From Microthyrium microscopicum (taxonomy: Eukaryota): a DNA stretch of 64,000 nucleotides. Positions within the stretch are counted from its first letter, which is position 1, and every line of letters starts with the position of its first letter. Location: NCBI GenBank assembly GCA_010405405.1, contig MU004231.1:2309860-2373859 (forward strand), given 5' to 3'. Shown here piece after piece: positions 47,229-60,500 of the stretch. The notes under the pieces were generated by a model. It was not told the DNA's origin and searched no databases. It saw nothing but the letters and a program-made list of their open reading frames with translations. The position numbers and the translations under genes were made by a program.

Positions 47229-49308
47229 CTTGGCATTGGGCGTGGGCCGGACACAGATCTGTGCGTATGAAGATGCCCTGGGGGTTTTATGACAGAGAGG
47301 TAGTGGACGCTAATCTGACAATCAAGCGTAAATTGTAATCTCGGAGTATGTTTGACAGCGTAGGATTTCAAATATTGAAGATTGCGCAAACGTCGAACAA
47401 AAATCGAATGAATGTCGCGGAGCTAACCGGACATACTTACCCCAGAAGTGGCTAGTCTGAGCTAGGTCTAGCTTCAGATGCTGCCAAGACCCTCGGACTC
47501 CATCATCTGGACTCAACTTCATTCCACCCTTAGCAAACCATGTCACGTCTTCCCAAATCATCTCCAACCTGGAACTCCGATGCGTAGTCACCCTAATACT
47601 CGACGATTACATTATAATTTCAATCTCTTTTGTCTGAGATGCGTACTTCGCGATCAAGCGGGCAGTTAACCATGCCTGCTCACCCCTTGAATGGATTTGC
47701 CTCGGCAGCATTCGGAACCTGCGATAGTTTTCGACCCAACACTTGCTATGAATACACTTGAGGATCGGAAACGCGACTTAATGGGTTGGAAGTTGTTTGG
47801 CTCTATGCCGTGGGCTCGTCGACCTCATGGCTGGCAAGCGTACTGAGCGATACGCATCTGGTACAGTATAGAACTGATTCTAGCACTACATCTACTACAC
47901 CTGCGTTTTGTTCTCGGCCTTTCCGTCGCCGCTCTGATGATCTCTTCACATATTCTGGGCTGTGGATCACTTGATAGCGACCAAAGAAGGCTCTCACGAA
48001 TATACGCAGCCGGCAGCCGGTCCTCGCTGTTGCTCCCGATCGATATGCACAGCACCCTTTCAACCATGGGAAGGTTGACTCTCCCCGTTCATGGCCGACA
48101 ATTGAGGAATACGGTGGTCCTACATACGGCTCAACTACTTCAGTGACTACTCTCCATGGTCCTCTAAAATTGCGAGGCGCAAGGATCAACTTCAACACAA
48201 GGCATGTCATTTCACCATGAAGCATTCAATGCTTGCCCAATTGACAGGCTTGATTCACAAGCAGAGTACGACCGCCTCAGAACTACATCTAATGCCAAAG
48301 CTCTGCCAGCCAAAGCCTATGTTGCAACTGCTACAGTTTGACAGTTTGGTTGATTCATCGCGGTCATCACTTTTGCGCCAAATTCTGATCTGGTCACTAT
48401 TTGCATCCGGGTTCTACTGTTTCCTTTTTATAGGCAGGCAGCGAGTTGATACTCGGGGTATCTTTTTATTTGTCTTAGAATTGTAATTTGAGGTGGCATT
48501 TGAAACGCTCGATAAGTCGAATCTGTCGAGAAGCGAGTCGGAGTTTTGGTGTTGCGGAGCAGGATGCCTTTTAGGGAGTACAACAGATGCCTGGGCTACT
48601 GTGTGGTGACAGCTCTTCTACTCTCCCATTAAGGTACCCTGGGGAAACAGGAGATCGTCAAGGAAACCCCCCCTCAAGGGCTTTTGGGGAGAGGCAGGTC
48701 AAGCCACCTTTGAGGCGATTACCGCCATGTTGCTGGAGAGAATTATGAGAAAGGCAACAGGTCTGGGTCAAAGCATGCACGCTACAAGGCTTTGCAACAA
48801 AGAGGTGGTGCGAAGTAGAACGTGAATTATGGTCTTGGTGCTTTGCAAACATCTTCTCGGCCAGAGAGCAGCACAAACACGACCTGAACACGGACACATT
48901 ACGCTCAATAAGCGCCCGGCGACTACAGGTAAGAGACGTTGTTAGTTCCTCTATTTGTTTTCTATTAGTGACCTGCCCTGATGAGGCCGCCATCGCCATT
49001 TCGCGCGGCTTTCACAACTCCAACACAATTCGGCCACCGCACAGACTCAATACTGGATAAGACAGTTGGAACATCTCGAGTTTTTTGTCCAGTTGTTTAA
49101 GACTGTTCACTCAAAAGTTGTCTGCTTTTCACTTGAAGATTGCAATGGTCAACTGTGAACCTCCAACTTCGCCACGAGGTTTGCCGATAATTCGGCCCGC
49201 GCACAGACCACTACGCCAAGCCTGCTCCGGCTTGAGCAGCAAGTGGGATTTCCATCATTACAAAACAATCGCTGCCCATATTCTCCTGTCAAGGCAACCA
49301 CCCTCTCT

Positions 49309-52300
49309 ATGGCACGAGGTCGATCAACTCCTCCATTTGATGACCCAAAGGCGTCTAGAGATAGGCAAAGTAGGAGGCGCTCTCGTTCCAGATCTCCGAT
49401 TCAGCCGAGTCTTTCGCAACGTCACGCAGACGGACGGGCAGCACGACCGCCGACCAAAGAGCTTTTCCCTAACCGTTTCCCATCTCGTCCAGAACAAGAT
49501 AGACACCCCCGGTCCAACCGCGACCTACCTCCGCACCAGTCATCGACCGGAATCCGGTTGGAAACCAAGTCAACTCGAGATTCGTATGTGAAGACTGGCT
49601 CAACCCATGACCGGGAACGATCACCAAACATATCCTTCAACAAATCTAGTCGTACAAAATCCATCACTTCTTCCATCCTTCCACCCGATAGAGACGCAAA
49701 AGATCATCGCAGACGGCCAAGCTCTCGAGATCGAGATCATCGGTCGGAAGACAGAGTTGGGTATCGCCATCCTCGAGACTACGACTCACAGATCGATAGA
49801 AAAGCCTCTTCAAGAGGCCTGCGCAAGGAGATCGAGCCTAATAACCACTCCGCAACTTCTCGCCTTCGTCACAAGCGTTCGAGATCTAGGTCGGCATCTC
49901 CAGAGCGGAGAGATTCGAGACGAGAACAGTCACCATCGCCAAAACGGCACCACCAAGTCTATCGAGAATCCGCGCAAGAGTCAAGCACCGGCGTAGACAA
50001 ATCCAAGAGGTACCAAGCAGGAGGGGAGTCAAAATATTTTGAGCAGCGGCTGGCACCTGATATTGGAGACAGAAAGGGCCATCATAACAGAGAGGAGTCA
50101 AGATATATTGATCAGGAATTACGGCACGGGGAATCGCACAAGTCAAGTAACAACGCTCATGCAATTGACGCTGAAGAGAGGCCAAGAAAAAGACGGAATA
50201 GAACGCCTGAAGACGACTTTGGGACGTCACGCCGCAACTCTACTATAGCGCGCCCAACTTCGCCTTCCGATCAAACTCGTCCCTCTGTGGCTTCACGCGG
50301 GCACCAAGACGACTCGGAGCATCCACGTCGCGGTATAAGATCACCATCAGTACATTCTACTGCTTCGAGGTCTTCGTATAGAAACTGGTCCCGTCACGGC
50401 TCACCCGAAATGTATAACGATCCCTATCCATCTCGAGGTCGGCAAAATTCCGGGCATCGTCAGTATCCGAAGTCTCCTCCGCATCATCTTTCTCATTCTG
50501 CTCAAAACTATCATGGGGATTCTTCTCGCGGAAACCGTGGAAGTTATTCGCATGGTTCGCCTCCGCACAGCTATCCTCAACAATCACCTCCCCATTCTGG
50601 ATATGGCCAGCCACAAAGTCCATATCACCAAAATAATAACTTCTCCCAAGGACAAAGCACCCCCGGATACTCCAATAGCTCATCCTTCCGTGGTCGAGGA
50701 TCGGTCTCCAGCGCCACTGGCCCACTTGGAAGAGGCCACTTTCAGAATTTGTCTTGGACTCCGGATAAAGGTAGTCGAGGAGGAATCGCTCCTAGTGAGA
50801 GACGTCTCCCTCCACGACAATCAGACTCGGAAACACCCGGCTCCTCAGGCCTAACTGGCCAGGCAACCACAACGGGTACGGCACACGACGATCATGCTCG
50901 ACCGAAAGCCGAGTCCGAAGCCGTACATGAAGATGGAGACGGAAGAAGTACGAGTTCTCGTAGAGAAGATAGCGACAAAAGCATAGCAAATGCTAATCAA
51001 TCTTCTAAGCCAGGGCTGACAGGTTCTGCAAGTAAAGTGTCGTCAAGTCCTACCGGCTCAAAGTCAACGTCAATCAAATTTGAAATGAAGGCACCAACAC
51101 AACCAGGACTCACGAAACGTGCAAACGTCATCCAAACTGTCGCAAAGCCACCTATCAAGCCATCTGTGTTCCAGTCGCTGGAAACCAAATTCGAAGACAA
51201 ACCCCGGCGAACCGAATATCCATCTCGTGGTAAGGTGCTTCCACCCCCGCGTCTTGGTAATTCTCGTCACGACGACTACGGCTCTCACAAATATCCTCCA
51301 CCCCGAGAACCTCATCGGTTCGATCGGGAGCCTTATCGAGAGCGACCTCTACATCCAACGCCATTAGGTCCTCGCGATCGACGACCCTTTGATAATAGAG
51401 ATGTAGATCCGCGTGCTCGACGTGGGTATGAACCACCGCCAAAGATTTTAAAATCCTCCAAACCGCGAAGAAAGAAGTTTAAAAAGGTCGTCAAGAAGCA
51501 TCGCCGGGTCGTCCTCCCCGTCCAGAAGCTACCAGAAGATTGGGCACAGTCCGATTTTGTGTACTACCCAAAGCCTGATCGGAATTCAGTAGTAGGCGCT
51601 GGTACATACGGCAAGGTCTTCAAAGCGCATCACGTATATTTGAGCAAATGTGTCGCACTGAAGACGTTGCCGCTTGTCAAACTCAGAAGAAAACCAGGGA
51701 CTCGCGAATACATCACCCGGGACAAGAAGCGAAAGCGACAAGATCGTTGGGTAAAGGATGGCCTTCATCTTACTTCTTTACGCGAAATCAAGCTTCTCAA
51801 GTCGATCAGTCATCAACATGAGAATATCATTGGTATCAGAGAAATATTTCTGGAAGGTCCATCATGTAACTTGGTGTTTGACTATTTCGAGTTTGACATG
51901 CATGGCATCATTTACAGTTCCAAAGTGGGATTGGAAGACGGCATGATGAAAGACCTCATTCAGCAAGTGTTTCGTGGCCTTGATTTCTTGCACACAAAAG
52001 CTCATATTCTTCACCGAGACATCAAAGCAGCCAACATTCTTGTCAGCTCTGCTGGACAGGTTAGAATTACGGATTTTGGACTGGCAAAGCATGTCAAGGA
52101 TGACGCCGAACTGGAAAATCAACCCTGGTACCGCAAAAAGTTTGAGCACTCCAATCGGGTTATCACCACACCTTATCGTCCACCAGAACTCCTCTTAGGT
52201 GCCACCTTATATGGAGGAGAGGTTGACGTATGGAGCGCTGGGTGCGTTCTTTTCGAGGCCTTCCTGAAGAAACTTCCTTTTCAAGGAACGGGCGAAGATG

Positions 52301-53361
52301 TCGACCATCTCCTGACAATTTGGAAAATTCTAGGCCTCCCCAATGTCAACAAATACCCTGAAGTAGTGGAACTAGAGTGGTACTGGCTATTCATGTCGCG
52401 TGTTCAACCGAAAAAGTCCATCTTCGCTCGCCTATACAAGAATAAGATCTCACCACAGCTGTACCACCTCCTCTGTTGCATATTCCAACACGACCCAAAG
52501 AAACGACCTACGGCCGCCCAAGTCCTCACCCACCCCTTCTTCACATCCGAGTCACCTCTTCCTGAGTCATCAGCACCAGTCCTACAGTCTGTAGAAGGCG
52601 AATGGCACGAACTGGAGTACAAGATGATCCGCGACAAAGAGAAGGCCTCCGTACGCCGAAAACAAGAAGACAAGGTCATCATCGCCTACCTCAAGCACAA
52701 GCAAGACGATCATGAGCGCAAAAAGGCAGAGGCTATCCTCGACTCCGAGATTGAGAATCATAATGCTCGCGTTGAATTCTACAAGAAGGAGCAAGAAGAC
52801 TTTCAACTCCGTCTCGACTCTCGCGCAGCAGACGCCGAAAACGATGAAGATCATGCTAAGCAAGTCGTGGAAATGAAGAAGACCCATGGCGACATCTACA
52901 TGGACTCTTCTCGACGCAACCGGTATCGTGGCCCAAATCGTGAGAAGGCGGATGAGAAGTTATGCCATGAGGCGTTTCGCTGGTATGAAGATGAACGGAA
53001 GAAAGGCAACGATCCCATCGCTACATCACCCGTTGCTCCGTCGAAAGTCCGCATTCATGAGAAACCGAAATCCATAACGTCGACTACGACCAAACGACCT
53101 TCAAAGTCACTGCTGCGTGGCGTGCTCAAGCAGGATACGCCGGCCAAGTCCAAGACATCGACGCCCTCAAAATCTTCAGATCGCGAGGAACGCAAGCGCG
53201 TCTTCGCTAAAAAGCAGACGGTGTACGATCGACAGATGACAGCTTATGCGCGCAAGAAAGGTCGACAGGTTGCTAGTCGGAATGTGAGCGATAAGCGCGA
53301 AGCTGGATCGCCGCTTGTAGATGAGCGTGACCATAAGAAGTTGCGTGAAGATGGGCGATAG
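49309..53361 (+). CDS. CTK1: CTD kinase Ctk1/CDK12-like cyclin-dependent kinase (divergent)
   Basis: Long RS-rich N-terminus, VVGAGTYGKVFKA, VALK, REIKLL, HRDIKAANIL, DFGLA, NRVIT..YRPPELLLG and EGEWHELE. Confidence 0.85.
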   Translation: MARGRSTPPFDDPKASRDRQSRRRSRSRSPIQPSLSQRHADGRAARPPTKELFPNRFPSRPEQDRHPRSNRDLPPHQSSTGIRLETKSTRDSYVKTGSTHDRERSPNISFNKSSRTKSITSSILPPDRDAKDHRRRPSSRDRDHRSEDRVGYRHPRDYDSQIDRKASSRGLRKEIEPNNHSATSRLRHKRSRSRSASPERRDSRREQSPSPKRHHQVYRESAQESSTGVDKSKRYQAGGESKYFEQRLAPDIGDRKGHHNREESRYIDQELRHGESHKSSNNAHAIDAEERPRKRRNRTPEDDFGTSRRNSTIARPTSPSDQTRPSVASRGHQDDSEHPRRGIRSPSVHSTASRSSYRNWSRHGSPEMYNDPYPSRGRQNSGHRQYPKSPPHHLSHSAQNYHGDSSRGNRGSYSHGSPPHSYPQQSPPHSGYGQPQSPYHQNNNFSQGQSTPGYSNSSSFRGRGSVSSATGPLGRGHFQNLSWTPDKGSRGGIAPSERRLPPRQSDSETPGSSGLTGQATTTGTAHDDHARPKAESEAVHEDGDGRSTSSRREDSDKSIANANQSSKPGLTGSASKVSSSPTGSKSTSIKFEMKAPTQPGLTKRANVIQTVAKPPIKPSVFQSLETKFEDKPRRTEYPSRGKVLPPPRLGNSRHDDYGSHKYPPPREPHRFDREPYRERPLHPTPLGPRDRRPFDNRDVDPRARRGYEPPPKILKSSKPRRKKFKKVVKKHRRVVLPVQKLPEDWAQSDFVYYPKPDRNSVVGAGTYGKVFKAHHVYLSKCVALKTLPLVKLRRKPGTREYITRDKKRKRQDRWVKDGLHLTSLREIKLLKSISHQHENIIGIREIFLEGPSCNLVFDYFEFDMHGIIYSSKVGLEDGMMKDLIQQVFRGLDFLHTKAHILHRDIKAANILVSSAGQVRITDFGLAKHVKDDAELENQPWYRKKFEHSNRVITTPYRPPELLLGATLYGGEVDVWSAGCVLFEAFLKKLPFQGTGEDVDHLLTIWKILGLPNVNKYPEVVELEWYWLFMSRVQPKKSIFARLYKNKISPQLYHLLCCIFQHDPKKRPTAAQVLTHPFFTSESPLPESSAPVLQSVEGEWHELEYKMIRDKEKASVRRKQEDKVIIAYLKHKQDDHERKKAEAILDSEIENHNARVEFYKKEQEDFQLRLDSRAADAENDEDHAKQVVEMKKTHGDIYMDSSRRNRYRGPNREKADEKLCHEAFRWYEDERKKGNDPIATSPVAPSKVRIHEKPKSITSTTTKRPSKSLLRGVLKQDTPAKSKTSTPSKSSDREERKRVFAKKQTVYDRQMTAYARKKGRQVASRNVSDKREAGSPLVDERDHKKLREDGR

Positions 53362-53696
53362 GACAGCCTTGATTGCGACGAGGTTTGAAGGATCTAAGAA
53401 AGGCGGTCTTTGGATCTGACAAGCTCGGCACGTCGTAATTGTAACATAATCAATTATTGAAATGAAACACATTTCGCATCTCACTAAGCTCTATCCTATT
53501 GACTTTACTTGCTTAGCTAGCACTTTAAGTTCTGAAATTGTCCAATTTCATCAGTCAATGAAAGCAACTGGGCATGAAAACCCCCAATGGCAAAGCAAGC
53601 AGGTATCATTCCATGAAAATTACAATTACTGTACATATATGCCCTTCAACAACTCTTCCGCTCATCTCACATTGCACGTCCTGGCCCAGCTCCATC

Positions 53697-55080
53697 CTAA
53701 GTTCGCTGAGACATCGGCTGCTGATATTCATGAGGCGTAGGCCCTGCTTGAGAGGCTGGCAACTCAAACACATTTTCCGGCACTCTCTCTGTCCCGTTGA
53801 ACTTGAAGTTTTGCGCCATTGCTCCATGCGCGTTTGTTGTCTGTCCTAAGCCATTCTCGCCACCTTCATGTCCCATTTCATGCACCGGATTCAGGGACTG
53901 TCGCCATCCAGTACCGAATTCGGGGGTGATAGGCGATCGTTCCGAGCCCGGGCCGCTGCCTGTTTGGTCGGATGGCGAAAGCGAGGACACGCCAGAAAAT
54001 CTGTTTGGCTGACCTAGAGCTTGTTGGTTTACGACAGGGTAGTCGGGAGTGCGCTGTGGAGGGGAGTGCGTGATGTCGCCTGGTAGCTCTACAAAATTAC
54101 TGTTTTGTTGTTGTACTGGAAAGCCTTCGAGCTCATTAACAGCCGGCTTATCAGTGGTAGGTGTGTTGTTGTTTCGTTGAGGGAGCCAGGAGAAGCGTTT
54201 GCCCTGCGGAGATGTTACGGTTGGAGTGACTTTGTCATCGTTGACTTCGCTGTTCGCCTGGTGTTTGTTATGACGGCGGCGTAGGAAGTGGATGAGCGCG
54301 AAGAGGAGGAGTAAAGCAATAACGCCGCATATTGCACCAACTATTACTCCTACTTTGCTAGATGAAGAGGATTTCGCTGCGGTTGCTGGGTCTTTGTTGT
54401 TGGTATCGGCTGTATTCGCAGCAGACGGCCCAGATGACGTGGACGAGACAGAAGTGGTGCTCCTAGGGTCTACTGTGCTACCTGAGGATATGGATGTGGA
54501 GCCGGTGGCTTTGGAAGATACCGGGTCCTTCGACGTGGTGCTTGAAGCAGATGATTTCGAACTAGGAGGCGAAGTGGTTTTTGGCGAGGCAGGGCCAGGC
54601 GTTATTGCGGACGTGATAGTAGCAATAGTCTTACCCTCATCAAGGCTGAAGAAAGCGACTCCAGGTTTGGTGCAGCAATCGAATGAGACGCGATTTGCAT
54701 TGCAGCAGTATTGTCCTGTTGAGCATTCTTTAACCGCCTGATTTCCACCACCCGAGCCGTTATCTATCATGTAGGATCAGTATATAAGGCTACAGGTTGT
54801 CATTGCGTGGATATTTCTTACCTGTTTGGCAAAAGCCTGGACATCCTTTGCCTTTCCAGCTTTGGTCCGTACAGCTGTAGCGTCCAAAATAGTCATTTAC
54901 AGGATCGAAACAGAGTCCGTTGTTTAGGCAAACCCAGTTCAACGGACAGCACTGAGTTCCTCCAGACAAACTATCGCCGCAAGGACCAACAGCCTCTGCG
55001 ACGACTTCATCTCCATTTGGATAATAGCAGGACTGGGCCACCACGACCGCGGGTAGCAGAAGAAGGAGATAAAATAACAT
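53697..55080 (-). CDS. Single-pass membrane protein with Cys-rich ectodomain and Ser/Thr stalk (Mid2-like architecture)
   Basis: Signal peptide, CYYPNG...CC...CL.NGLC...RYSCTDQSW....CP.FC, one intron, S/T-rich region, TM segment VGVIVGAICGVIALLLLFALI followed by RRR. Confidence 0.85.
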
Positions 55081-55547
55081 TTTGAATGGGATTGTGGGCA
55101 GAAAGAACAAAGAATTAAGGAAGTAAGGTTAGGCCAGAGGTGGCGTTGACTGTTGAGGCGGGTAGTAACAGATTGCCCAGGAGAGAGAGGGGAGTAAAAA
55201 GAAATTGGAGGAAAGACTCAATTGTTGACAGTGTCCCCCTCATTGGCGAAGGAGGTTGTGCTGGCAATTACTAGTACCTTGGTGCTAAGGGAAGGTGCAA
55301 CACACCAGACGGGTACCACCATGTACTTCATGTATTTGGCTCAGTTCAATCCAAAGGTCTAGTTGTACTCCATAGTATAAAACTGTCTCACCTGTTATAT
55401 TTCAAGAATCATCTCTTCGTTCCCTAGCTTGCGGGAAAATGGGAACTGCGCATTGATCTTACACCCACCATCTTTATGTACATAAGGCATCCGCATAGCA
55501 AAGCCCAAATCCTCTCATATGCTCGTGTTTGTCATCTCAAGACATCT

Positions 55548-56286
55548 TCATTTCCTCATTGCTCTGCCAAATAACCTCATAAGCGGTATGACCGCAGCGC
55601 GAGCAAACCACGGCGTCAACCAAACGCTTCCTACAACTCGTACTGGTAGTATAGCTTTTACCACTGCCCAAGCCGTAGCCACTTCCACCACAACCTTCCA
55701 GCCACCACTCTTATTCTTGACAGCATCTACATCCATTTCGGCACCTTTAGCAACGTCTCCTGCTTTCATTGTTGAGACTGCAGGCTTTTCTGGATTGCCC
55801 TCCACCCATCCCTTCCTTCTGAAATACTTGCCCCACTTTTCCACTCCAGCTTTGACCCATTCGCCTTCCACAATTCTTTCTGGTAGCCAGTTGGAGTAGT
55901 GGAAAGCGGAGGCCAGTAGGACTAATGGGACTATGGCAGTGATTTCATGCAATATGAGAAATGATGTAACGTGAGAGATTGGTGCTGTGAGAAGTGGCGT
56001 TGTGTAGCTGCGTAGAAATGGCGGGACTGTCAAGGATATTTAGCTCCCTGGCCATGTCTCATCATTGTATACCAGTGATTGGTTATGTTCGGATGTGTAA
56101 AGATGGCTTACATCGACTATTTAGACGTTGTAGTCTTGATATACGTTGCGAATCGGCTTGCGCGTTTGTCGAGCCTTTAGAGGTCGATGATGCATGTCTC
56201 GGCCTTGCGTGGCTTCCGTCAAGTGGTGAAGTTACATTTCGTCCATTCCTTAGTATCCTGAATCGATTGAAAACTGAAGATCTCAT
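55548..56286 (-). CDS. MRX11: Mitochondrial Mrx11/FLILHELTA-family protein
   Basis: SHVTSFLILHEITAIVPL and VEVATAWAVVKAILPVRV..SVW.TPWFAR. Arg/Ser-rich presequence exon from ATG 56286. Confidence 0.82.
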
Positions 56287-57529
56287 AATGGAAATGGCAA
56301 TATACAAGAATTGAGACAGATACAATTTGAGCGATTGGAAGGTGAGGTTAAGCAACACAAGATATGATTGGCCACAAACCTAGCGCTACAAGGCTGTCAA
56401 GGTTGTACGCCACCAAATCCTCTCGCAGAGCCTCTACATCTGCATCTCCAGCATAAGAACAATCCATGTCACTAACTCAACCATAAAAATTTCTGATATG
56501 ATGTGAAAGTATATATATAGCACATGTTTCCCGTTCAATACTTAAAAACTCTAACCACAGTGTTGGCAATGATCGCTCCAAAAAAAACCATTTAATGTTG
56601 GAAGTCAATCAATGTTTATGAATAGAAACCAACCAACCAACCATACATATTTCTATCAAGATAACCTCAAATCCGACCAACAAAAAAATTGTTTCTCATC
56701 CGAACACCCTTGCCGGCCCATCCAAGGGCAATTTAGATTTCGGGAGCGGGCCGTGAATTCCACAATTTTTTATCTTCCCAGTAGATTTGAACCTGCGACC
56801 CATCAATTGCCCCCATTGCCTCCTCTTGTAACGAAAGAGACGAATTAGGTTAGTCGAGACCACATTGAAGGCACCTTAACGACCGCAGGAACAGTTACTC
56901 TACTGACAGATATTGGCAAATTTACAACTTTTGAAATATAACCAACAAACAAATCACTGAGCACTAGGTATTTAAATACTTTGATGCATTTTTATTTTCA
57001 GTCGATTCATCCCTTGAGAGAATTTGGTAATAACAAAATACCGTCTTGTGTCCGTTCGATTTAGAGTACCCCTCGTGTTAATATCTACTATGTAGCGAAA
57101 GTTCCTCATGATGGTTTAAAAAATAAAAATCTTCTGATTTATTGAGTGACAACAGAGGAATCGCACAACGTTTTTGGCATTTCACTGAATCATATGGGCT
57201 TAACAACACTGATGAATAGAACCAGTAAGTAATGTAATAAGACTATAGATTGCGATCTATATAAATTTATGATTTATGGCTCTCTAAAGTTAAGATTTTC
57301 GACTTGTCCTGTTCTTGAGGTTCAGGTCTGACATTCAGTTGGCACTGTTGATAGATGATAATGACCTCAAGGTGACCAAATTTCAAATTATTGGAGCGCC
57401 AAACGGGAAATGCATCAAATAAGCTCTTGCTTTCATAGTCATATCTTGCTACAATAAATCTAGCAAAAGATTTCATCCACCAGCTTTCCAACTCAGCCCC
57501 ATGTCCCATCACAGGAACCGAATTTCGCC

Positions 57530-60500
57530 CTATCCAATCGTCTTCTCATTGACAACATTAACCAGCGCAGCACCAACCGCACTCGCCCCGTCGATCCTAG
57601 CAAGCCGGGTATTAAACACTTCCGCGTCACGCAAGAGCCTAGTGCCATAGTTAGCTTATGTACCACCAATTTATACTCCGCCTTGAATTAGTGAGCGCCT
57701 ACCGTTGTCTGCCCTCCTCAGTATGGATATCCGCCTCTTGAAATGCCTGGGTGAATTGTTCCTGGTAGCTCTGCCACACCGGCCCCATGATTTCTGCTAC
57801 AGTATGATCTGGAAGATGTTTCGCAAGCGCTCGGTATAGCTGCGCCGTCTCTTTAGCCAACACCTCCATATGCGGACTGTTTCCCTCACGACCTGCGTCA
57901 GCATCCATATCGATGCTACGCATGGTGGTTACGTGGTTGCCGGCGCGGACGGTCATGATTTCGACAAGTTTCTCGTGGATATTAGTCTGGTGGTCCTGGA
58001 AGAGATTTCGCGTGCGGTCAAAATCAAGCAAGAGGTCGGAGCCAGACATGGCGGGTCTGCGGCGTACGAACTCGCGTATATAGGGGATGAGTGTGATGCC
58101 AAAGGCAAGTGCTTGCGACGCGAGGGCGAGATTCTTGCTGTTGATATTTTTGAGGCCGGCGCTGGAGCGAGTGGCGCCTGCGCCGAGAACGAGTTGGTAG
58201 GCTTGGGAGTTGTAAAGCTTTAGATAGTCTAGGATGGCGCTGGTGACTTCTGCGGAGATGGAGGGTATGCAGGCTATGAGGGTTTCGAATCGGGATATGC
58301 CGTGTACAAGAAGTATGGCAGAGTTCGGAAGAATAAACTTTTGCTCATCGATGGTGGCGGATCGAGTGACTGTACCATTGGTGTCGCCATTGGTGGTGGA
58401 TGCTTCTTCTTTGGAAGGTTCTTCCCAGATGTAGGCTTGCTTGAGATAAGAAGGAGGATCAGATGTCATGCCTTGAAGGACGTTCGCCAGAACAACCGAG
58501 TCTGCTTCGTGGAAATCTTTCACTTCCCACGTATCGGCTTGCATAGCAGTTGCAAGACTCTGCCGCTCAGTATCAGCAAGGAAGGGGATAAATTCGTGAA
58601 TTTGATTGTTGATGACTCCCTTCAAGGCTGCTCCAGAGCGACCAGAGACGGCCTCACATTCATCTGCAAAAAGGCGATTCAGATTGAAGTAGCGGACAAA
58701 ATGGGGGGTTGTAAGATGTGCACTTTGCTCTGCGCGAACTTTCAACACTTTGATGATCTGAGATTGGGCTACATCAACCGCTTGACCGAGAAGACTTGAT
58801 AGATCAAGTGCATCGGTGAGTTCTTGTTGCAAATTCGGAGATGGCGATCGTGCTGGTAGAGGAGGACTCAAGGTGGCATCCAAGCTGCTCATAGTCGTAT
58901 GTGCTCGCCTGATAGGCGACCGCACTGGTGAGGATATCCCAGGATCACTTGACACATCAAGTAAGAGTTTACATTGAAACTGCAGTCGACGTAGTGCTTC
59001 GCCCACGGCGCAGTATGTATTTGTGAGCAGCTCTTCTGCATCCTCTGGTTCCAAAGAGCGAAGATTGCGAGCCAAAATAGCCGATTTTTCTTGTTGAGAC
59101 AGCGGCGCTCGACTACTTCTCGTTGATATTGATGTCATGGATTCCACATCATCGTCTGATGAGCTCGGCAGGTTGTGTCGAATAATGCTCTTCATTTCTT
59201 TATTAATTGCTTCCCGGAAAGTCGCTGTGGCGAGAGTTGTAAACTTGGATCTCTTGAGGCCAATCAGTATCGCCGACAGCTTACTACGCAGTTCAGAGTT
59301 GGCAGACAGGTATGCTGGTAGTCCGGAAGGCGTGGCTACATGCATTCCTCCTCGAGCTCTTTGAGATGTGGATGCCCATCGACGTAGTGTATCATTATGA
59401 GAGACGCTTTCAAAGTGATGACGCAAATCTGTCAACAATGCTTCCAAAAATCGGGATTGATAGCCTGCTCCTATGCGTGCTCGCAATTGGTTCATACCGT
59501 CACCAAAGCCTGCTAAAGCCTTCACCCTCCGCATGTCCACCAGATCTCCTGGAGGCTTGGGACAGAGCCAAGAATGGTTCTGGGCAATCTCGGGTTCCGC
59601 ATTTCCACAAGCATAATCTTCAAGGACTGCTATTCGATGAAGAGATTGCTCTAGATCACCCTGTTCAACCAGTTCTTCGCAAGTTGCAGCACCTTGTATG
59701 ACGTTTTGTAGCTGAATGGTCGCGTCGCCTAGCTTCTGCAAATTCTGTCTTCGTTGTCGGGATCGAACAATTTCTAGTCTTCCCATGGCCATATCTTTAT
59801 CAAGCTTTTCAAGGTCCAGTCTCAGCTTTTGTATCTTGGCCACAGAATCTGCTGCTTCGGAATGTAGCTCCCTCAGTGATCCAAGAGCGGCAAAGAATGA
59901 TTTCGAAGCGGCGGAGATGGAGGAGATCAGATGTATCTCAACGGTATCCAGATACCAGGAAAGCTTTTCCTGTAATATAGCATTCGTCGCAAGAGCTTTC
60001 CGTGGTGCCACTGGCGCACCATTTGCCGACCCGTTGGCACCTTTCCCATCTTCATTCTGAACCTGCGGTGTTTTGATGACCTCCGATCTCTCTGTAACAA
60101 CGTCAAAGGTTCTGGGATTTTCGAGGTGGAAGTTCTCGTCGAAGTAGACATTGGGTATAGATGTCAATGGCGCTACGGCCAATTGCGTTCGTCGGGTAGA
60201 TCCACTAGATCTTCTTCTCGACAAAGTTGGACTTTCAATGGGCGTCGCTCCACTTATAGACCCTCGAGATGGGGGCCGAGAAGCCCTGTCTATCGGACTC
60301 GATGAATCAAAATATCCCGCTGAATCCTCGTCGCGACTACCAGCTCGCTCTCTTCTACTCCATTGTGAGGCGGATTGCTCAGGTTCTGCTTGTTGCCGAG
60401 CCTGGAAAAGAGAACCAACTTGGGATAAGTAAGGCCGAAAAACAATAGGGTCGATATTAGGTATATTCGTTAAAGTTACAGGGGGTATATCGCGAGTAGT

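Noticed and set aside
47700..49000. Short ORFs between FOL2 and CTK1
   Set aside because: No motifs or consistent exon structure; probably shared promoter or UTR sequence.
56400..57300. ncRNA or MITE in the AT-rich intergenic region
   Set aside because: Only a short hairpin (TATAGAT-TGCG-ATCTATA at ~57244); no TIR pair, RNA-family motif or RIP signature was recognised.
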